From an uncultured Myxococcales bacterium (lineage in GTDB: Bacteria > Myxococcota_A > UBA9042), in contig CAIPXZ010000765.1 in the NCBI GenBank assembly GCA_903869075.1, positions 1 through 60,004 on the forward strand: a stretch of DNA of 60,004 bases, written 5' to 3'. The notes beneath the pieces are model-generated. The model made no database searches and had not been told where the DNA came from. It saw only the letters and a list, made by a program, of their open reading frames with translations. The translations under genes and the position numbers were made by a program. Within the stretch, counting starts at the first letter, position 1. Each line of letters begins with the position of its first letter. Shown here piece by piece: positions 56,098 through 60,004 of the stretch.

Positions 56098-56114
56098 GGC
56101 AACGCGCGGGCCAA
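56098..56114 (-). promoter_or_regulatory. near-consensus sigma54 -24/-12 promoter element (TTGGCCCGCGCGTTGCC)
   Basis: The minus strand reads TGGCCC-GCGCG-TTGC. GG and GC are exactly 10 nt apart. Only one core mismatch to TGGCAC-N5-TTGC. The GC lies about 12 nt before ATG 56088. Confidence 0.45.
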
Positions 56115-56134
56115 CATGGCTCCGGGGACGGCGG

Positions 56135-56163
56135 AGTGTAGGAGTCATGGCCGGTCTGCGCAA
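56135..56163 (-). promoter_or_regulatory. promoter candidate upstream of the OMP gene (TTGCGC-17 nt-TACACT)
   Basis: On the minus strand: TTGCGC (56158..56163), a 17-nt spacer, then TACACT (56135..56140). Confidence 0.4.
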
Positions 56164-56205
56164 CCCGATCCGCACCGGTCGCGACCACGTCCGGCGCGAT
56201 TTGCA

Positions 56206-58632
56206 CTACTTCGCGCGCGTCGGCGCCTCGTAGACGGTCAGCATCGGCACGCCGTCCAGCGACCATTGCGCCACCGGCGTGCGCCATTTGTAGGCCTGCC
56301 ACAGGTCCAGCTCGTAGTCGTCGTGGTCTTTTTGGTGGTGAAAAAAGCCCAGCGCCGTCGGGGTATTGGCCTCGGACGTGTAGCGCAGGTCGCGGCGGAA
56401 CCAGCCCTCGCGCTGGTACATGACGTACGCCCCCCAGGCGGATTTATGGAACCAAATCAAGGCGTTTTGCGGCGCCCGGCGGTTCACTTCCTCCAGCAGC
56501 GCGCGCGTCGTGCCACCCCAGAACTGCCGCTGCATGCCGGCCTCGGCGGCGCCGGGAATGCCGCCAATCAGGTCGTTGTAGTACGCCGTGCCCTGCGGAT
56601 GCGCGTCCGCTGTCGCCTGCGCCGACGGCAGCAGCACCGCCAGCGCCATCGCCCAAGCCAGCAGCCCCGGCACCGCTTGGCCGCGCCACCAGGACGGCGT
56701 CGTCGGCGCGTACTGGCGCATCAGCGCCGCTTCCACGCTGCCGGGATTGACGCCCTCCATGTCGGTCGCGTTGCCGTCAGTCGGGGCGATCGCCTCCGCC
56801 AGCCGCCGCCACACGGCCTGCAGCCCGCGCGCGGCGATGAGCAGCATGAAGGCGAACGCCAGCATCCAGTGCTTGGTGCCGCCAAAAATCGGCGTGCCGG
56901 GCATGGAAATCAGCGCCATCGGCCAGATCGCGCTCAGCAGGATCAGCCGGTCCCAGCTGCGCAGCTCGGCGGTGCGGCCAAAATCGTCGAGTCCCAGCGG
57001 CCCCGCCCGACGCATCCGCGCCCGCACCGCCGCCACGACGGCCATCCGCCCCATCTCGCGCGCGGTGTCCTCGCGGCGCTTTGTCGCCACGTCCAGCGGC
57101 ACCGTCGCGTCGTGCTGCACTTCCACCGACTGCGACCGCTGCTGCCGCCACACCCGCAGGTCGTGCAGCACGTGCGGCAGGTGCCGCGGCCAGTACACGG
57201 CGACCAAGCCCAGCGCCACGGCGACAAGCAGCACCAGCGGCCACGTCAGCGCCGTCATCACCCAAGCAAACTGCGGCGGGAACGGCGGATAGGCCAGCAC
57301 CTGGCCAAAATAGGTCTGCATGTAGTGTTCATGGTGGAGGTGAAACTCCAGCCAGCGCAGGAAGTTATCCAGCGTGTCCACCCACAGCAGCGGCCAGCCG
57401 GCGACCAGGATGGCAAAGCCGACAGGCAGCATCACGAAAAACACCGCCGGCACCGGCGGCGTCGACACCTGCAGGAACCGCGTCAGCGGCAGCAGCAGCA
57501 TCGCCAGCGCCAGCACCGGGTGCAGGTGGTACGCCGGCGCCGCCAGCACCACGCCAGCCACCAGCCACGGCACGCGCCGCAGCCAGGAACCCGGCGCGAG
57601 CGTGATCTCGAACCGGCGCTCGGCGATCGCGTCCCACAGCCAGTGGCCGATCAGCACGACCGGCAAAAACAGCGCGTTGTGCTTGGCCAGCAGTGAAAAA
57701 CCCCAGAGCACGGCCGTCGGCAGGATCCAGCGCCGGCTGCGCAACGCGCGGTGGTAGCAGAGCGTGGTCGCAAACAGCAGCGTCGTGATCGTCGTGTCGA
57801 AACACGCCAAGTGCGCGTGGTAGAACGGCTGCGGCAGGCACAGCCAGCCGACGCCCGCGCACACTGCGAACGCGCGCGTCGCCTGCGCCGGACCCCACGC
57901 CGTCTGCGGCGCCGTGAACAGCATCCGCGCGGCGAGGTACAGCAGCGCCACAAGCAGGCCGGCAAAAACCGCGCCGGGAAAGCGCATGGCGTCGGACTCG
58001 CTCATCATGTACAGCTTGCGCTGCTCCACGGCCTCGCAGCCCGTGCGGCGGATGACGCCCTTGTCGCCCACGCCCGGCGCCAGGCACGCCGCTTTCAGCG
58101 CCGCGAGGTCCACGGACTTGTCCAGCCGCACCGTCGCGTGATCGTTCTTGCGCTCCAGCACCTTGCCCTGCACGAGCCGCCGCGGCCCCGTCTCCGGCGG
58201 CCCGCCGACAAGCTGCGGCTTGAGCAGCCAGATCCGGCTGTTCGGCTCAAAACCGTGCGCCGGACCCAGCTCGTTGATGTCCAGCGTCGGCTCGCCGTCC
58301 ACCACATGGATGTTGGAAACCGGGCGCAGCTTGCGGCCAAAAGCCCGCCACGACCAGCCAAACAGGATCTTGTCGAGCGGCGGGTGCTCGGAATTCGCCC
58401 GCCAGGTGTCGAGGATCGCCTTGCGTTCCAGCGCGTCCGCCCGCGCCTTGCCGCCCGCTTCCACTTTGACGAACCAGTCCTGATACGTCTCGGCGTGGCC
58501 AAAATAGAAGGCTTCGTCGCGGACAAAGCCCATGTCGTTGGTCATGACCAGCAGCAGCGTGGCCACGCACCACAGCGCCGCGGCGATGCCGAGGTCCAGC
58601 GGACGGCGCAGTTGGGGTTGGGGCGTGGTCAT
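56206..58632 (-). CDS. GT-C fold glycosyltransferase, protein O-mannosyltransferase (GT39/PMT)- or ArnT-like, with an inserted hydrophilic loop domain
   Basis: 808 aa with many TM helices. Loop-1 motifs VRDEAFYFGH (DE motif) and EHPPLDKIL as in PMT/ArnT enzymes. A roughly 115-aa insertion (aa 100-214) precedes the MRFPGAVFAGLLVALLYL helix. Confidence 0.85.
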   Translation of the reverse strand: MTTPQPQLRRPLDLGIAAALWCVATLLLVMTNDMGFVRDEAFYFGHAETYQDWFVKVEAGGKARADALERKAILDTWRANSEHPPLDKILFGWSWRAFGRKLRPVSNIHVVDGEPTLDINELGPAHGFEPNSRIWLLKPQLVGGPPETGPRRLVQGKVLERKNDHATVRLDKSVDLAALKAACLAPGVGDKGVIRRTGCEAVEQRKLYMMSESDAMRFPGAVFAGLLVALLYLAARMLFTAPQTAWGPAQATRAFAVCAGVGWLCLPQPFYHAHLACFDTTITTLLFATTLCYHRALRSRRWILPTAVLWGFSLLAKHNALFLPVVLIGHWLWDAIAERRFEITLAPGSWLRRVPWLVAGVVLAAPAYHLHPVLALAMLLLPLTRFLQVSTPPVPAVFFVMLPVGFAILVAGWPLLWVDTLDNFLRWLEFHLHHEHYMQTYFGQVLAYPPFPPQFAWVMTALTWPLVLLVAVALGLVAVYWPRHLPHVLHDLRVWRQQRSQSVEVQHDATVPLDVATKRREDTAREMGRMAVVAAVRARMRRAGPLGLDDFGRTAELRSWDRLILLSAIWPMALISMPGTPIFGGTKHWMLAFAFMLLIAARGLQAVWRRLAEAIAPTDGNATDMEGVNPGSVEAALMRQYAPTTPSWWRGQAVPGLLAWAMALAVLLPSAQATADAHPQGTAYYNDLIGGIPGAAEAGMQRQFWGGTTRALLEEVNRRAPQNALIWFHKSAWGAYVMYQREGWFRRDLRYTSEANTPTALGFFHHQKDHDDYELDLWQAYKWRTPVAQWSLDGVPMLTVYEAPTRAK

Positions 58633-58641
58633 CGGCGTCGG

Positions 58642-60004
58642 CTACTCGTCTTCGTCGCCGGGCTTGCCGGCAACCAGGTTGTATTTGCGGGCCAGCCGCC
58701 GGAAATGCTTGCGATCCACGTCCGCGTCGCGCGCCGCTTGGCTCAGGTTGCCGCCGTGGCGCGCCAGCACGGCAGCCAGGTAATCGCGCTCAAAAGTGCC
58801 CAACCAGCTCTCCTTGGCGTCGCGGAAGTTGCGATCCGCGTGCAACGGCAGCGCCGCCACCACCGGCTGGCTCGGCGCCAGCGGCTCCGTCAGCGCGTGC
58901 GCGTCCTGCCGGCGGCGCGGCGCGTCCGTACCGCGGATACTTTCGGGCAAATCATCGGCTTGCAGCAAGTCGCCGTCGGCAAAAGAGCACGCGCGCTCGA
59001 CGATATTGCCCAATTCCCGCACGTTGCCCGGCCAGTCGTAGTCGTGCAGCAGCTGGAGCGCTTCCTGGCTGATGCCCTTGACGCGCTGGCCTTCGGGCTC
59101 CCTCGGCCCGCCGACACCGCGGTTGAAGGCGCCGTTGCGCAGCAGATGTTCCGCCAAAAGCCGAACATCCTCGCGGCGTTCCCGCAGCGGCGGCAGGTGC
59201 AACCGCACCACGCCCAGGCGGTAGAACAGGTCTTCGCGAAAGCGCCCGGCCTTGACCTCGGCCTGCAGGTCGCGGTTGGTGGCGGCAAGGACGCGCACGT
59301 TGATCTGGATCGGCCGGTTGCCGCCCACGCGGCGAATTTCGCGCGTCTCCAGCGCCCGCAGCAGCTTGGGCTGCAGGTCCAGCGCCAGCTCACCGACCTC
59401 GTCGAGGAAGATCGTGCCGCCGTGCGCCAGCTCGAACAGGCCCTGGCGGGCGGCCAGCGCGCCGGTAAAGCTGCCTTTCTCGTGACCAAACAGTTCGGAT
59501 TCAATCAGGTTTTGCTGCACCGCGCTGCAGTCAAAGACGATGAACGGCTGGTTGGCGCGCGCAGAGAGGTGGTGCAGCGTGCGCGCCACGACCTCCTTGC
59601 CGGTGCCGGTTTCGCCTTCCAGCACCACCGTCGCGCCGGTTGGCGCCACTTTCTCGACCGCCGCCATCAGCCGCCGCATCGACTCGGATTGGCCGACCAA
59701 GCCGCCCAGCTGCGCCTCCGCGCGCGGCCGCAGGTCCAGCTTTTCGGTCACCACCGAGAACCGCAGCGACGTCGCGCCCAGCCGCACGGTGCAGCCGGAG
59801 CGCAGCCACGCCTCGCGCACGCGCACGCGGTCGACGTACGTGCCCGTGGCCGAGCGCAGGTCCTCGATCAGGAACGCCTCGCCATCGCTGAAGATCCGCG
59901 CGTGATGGCGGCTGACGCGGTCGTCATCCAGCACCAAATCGTTGTCTTCCAGCGCGCCAAGCGTCACTTGCGGCTGGTCAAAAATGTACTCGGTGGCGCT
60001 GCCA
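58642..60004 (-). CDS. sigma54-dependent transcriptional activator with N-terminal FHA domain (5' end outside window)
   Basis: The frame is open to the window edge ([40 protein letters not shown]-like). AAA+ motifs [14 protein letters not shown] and ELFYRL-like (DLFYRLGVV). Fis-type [24 protein letters not shown]. Stop lies 9 nt before the GT-C gene. Confidence 0.9.
   Translation of the reverse strand, partial: GSATEYIFDQPQVTLGALEDNDLVLDDDRVSRHHARIFSDGEAFLIEDLRSATGTYVDRVRVREAWLRSGCTVRLGATSLRFSVVTEKLDLRPRAEAQLGGLVGQSESMRRLMAAVEKVAPTGATVVLEGETGTGKEVVARTLHHLSARANQPFIVFDCSAVQQNLIESELFGHEKGSFTGALAARQGLFELAHGGTIFLDEVGELALDLQPKLLRALETREIRRVGGNRPIQINVRVLAATNRDLQAEVKAGRFREDLFYRLGVVRLHLPPLRERREDVRLLAEHLLRNGAFNRGVGGPREPEGQRVKGISQEALQLLHDYDWPGNVRELGNIVERACSFADGDLLQADDLPESIRGTDAPRRRQDAHALTEPLAPSQPVVAALPLHADRNFRDAKESWLGTFERDYLAAVLARHGGNLSQAARDADVDRKHFRRLARKYNLVAGKPGDEDE

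Overview
This is a very GC-rich bacterial chromosomal window, with G/C at almost every third codon position. Gene content and protein style look like Myxococcota, but that is inference only because no search was possible. About 43 protein-coding genes can be supported. I saw no rRNA, tRNA, CRISPR array, transposase or integrase. Housekeeping genes (etfBA, mnmE, rpe, hemB, rpsB-tsf, pyrH-frr, pdxA, rpsA, nnr-pdxJ-glmM, mutY) are interleaved with many large secreted or lipoprotein genes built from eukaryote-like modules. These modules include CDGxDNDC MopE-like Cys motifs fused to WD40 or Kelch propellers, TSP3-like Asp loops, lamin-tail domains, and Dictyostelium-type CxDxNxCTxDxC repeats. The stand-out region is 45.2-60.0 kb, all on the minus strand. 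It holds an FHA/sigma54 activator, a PMT/ArnT-like GT-C glycosyltransferase with an inserted loop domain, a beta-barrel OMP preceded by a near-consensus -24/-12 element, and three tandem paralogous giant Cys-rich lipoproteins. I propose this as a candidate undescribed surface-glycoprotein or adhesin assembly module. Many very long ORFs in the track are antisense shadows of real genes and were rejected. Several track ORFs were trimmed to internal starts supported by signal peptides, SD sequences or promoter-like elements. All functional calls rest on motif recognition by eye and need HMM or structure confirmation.
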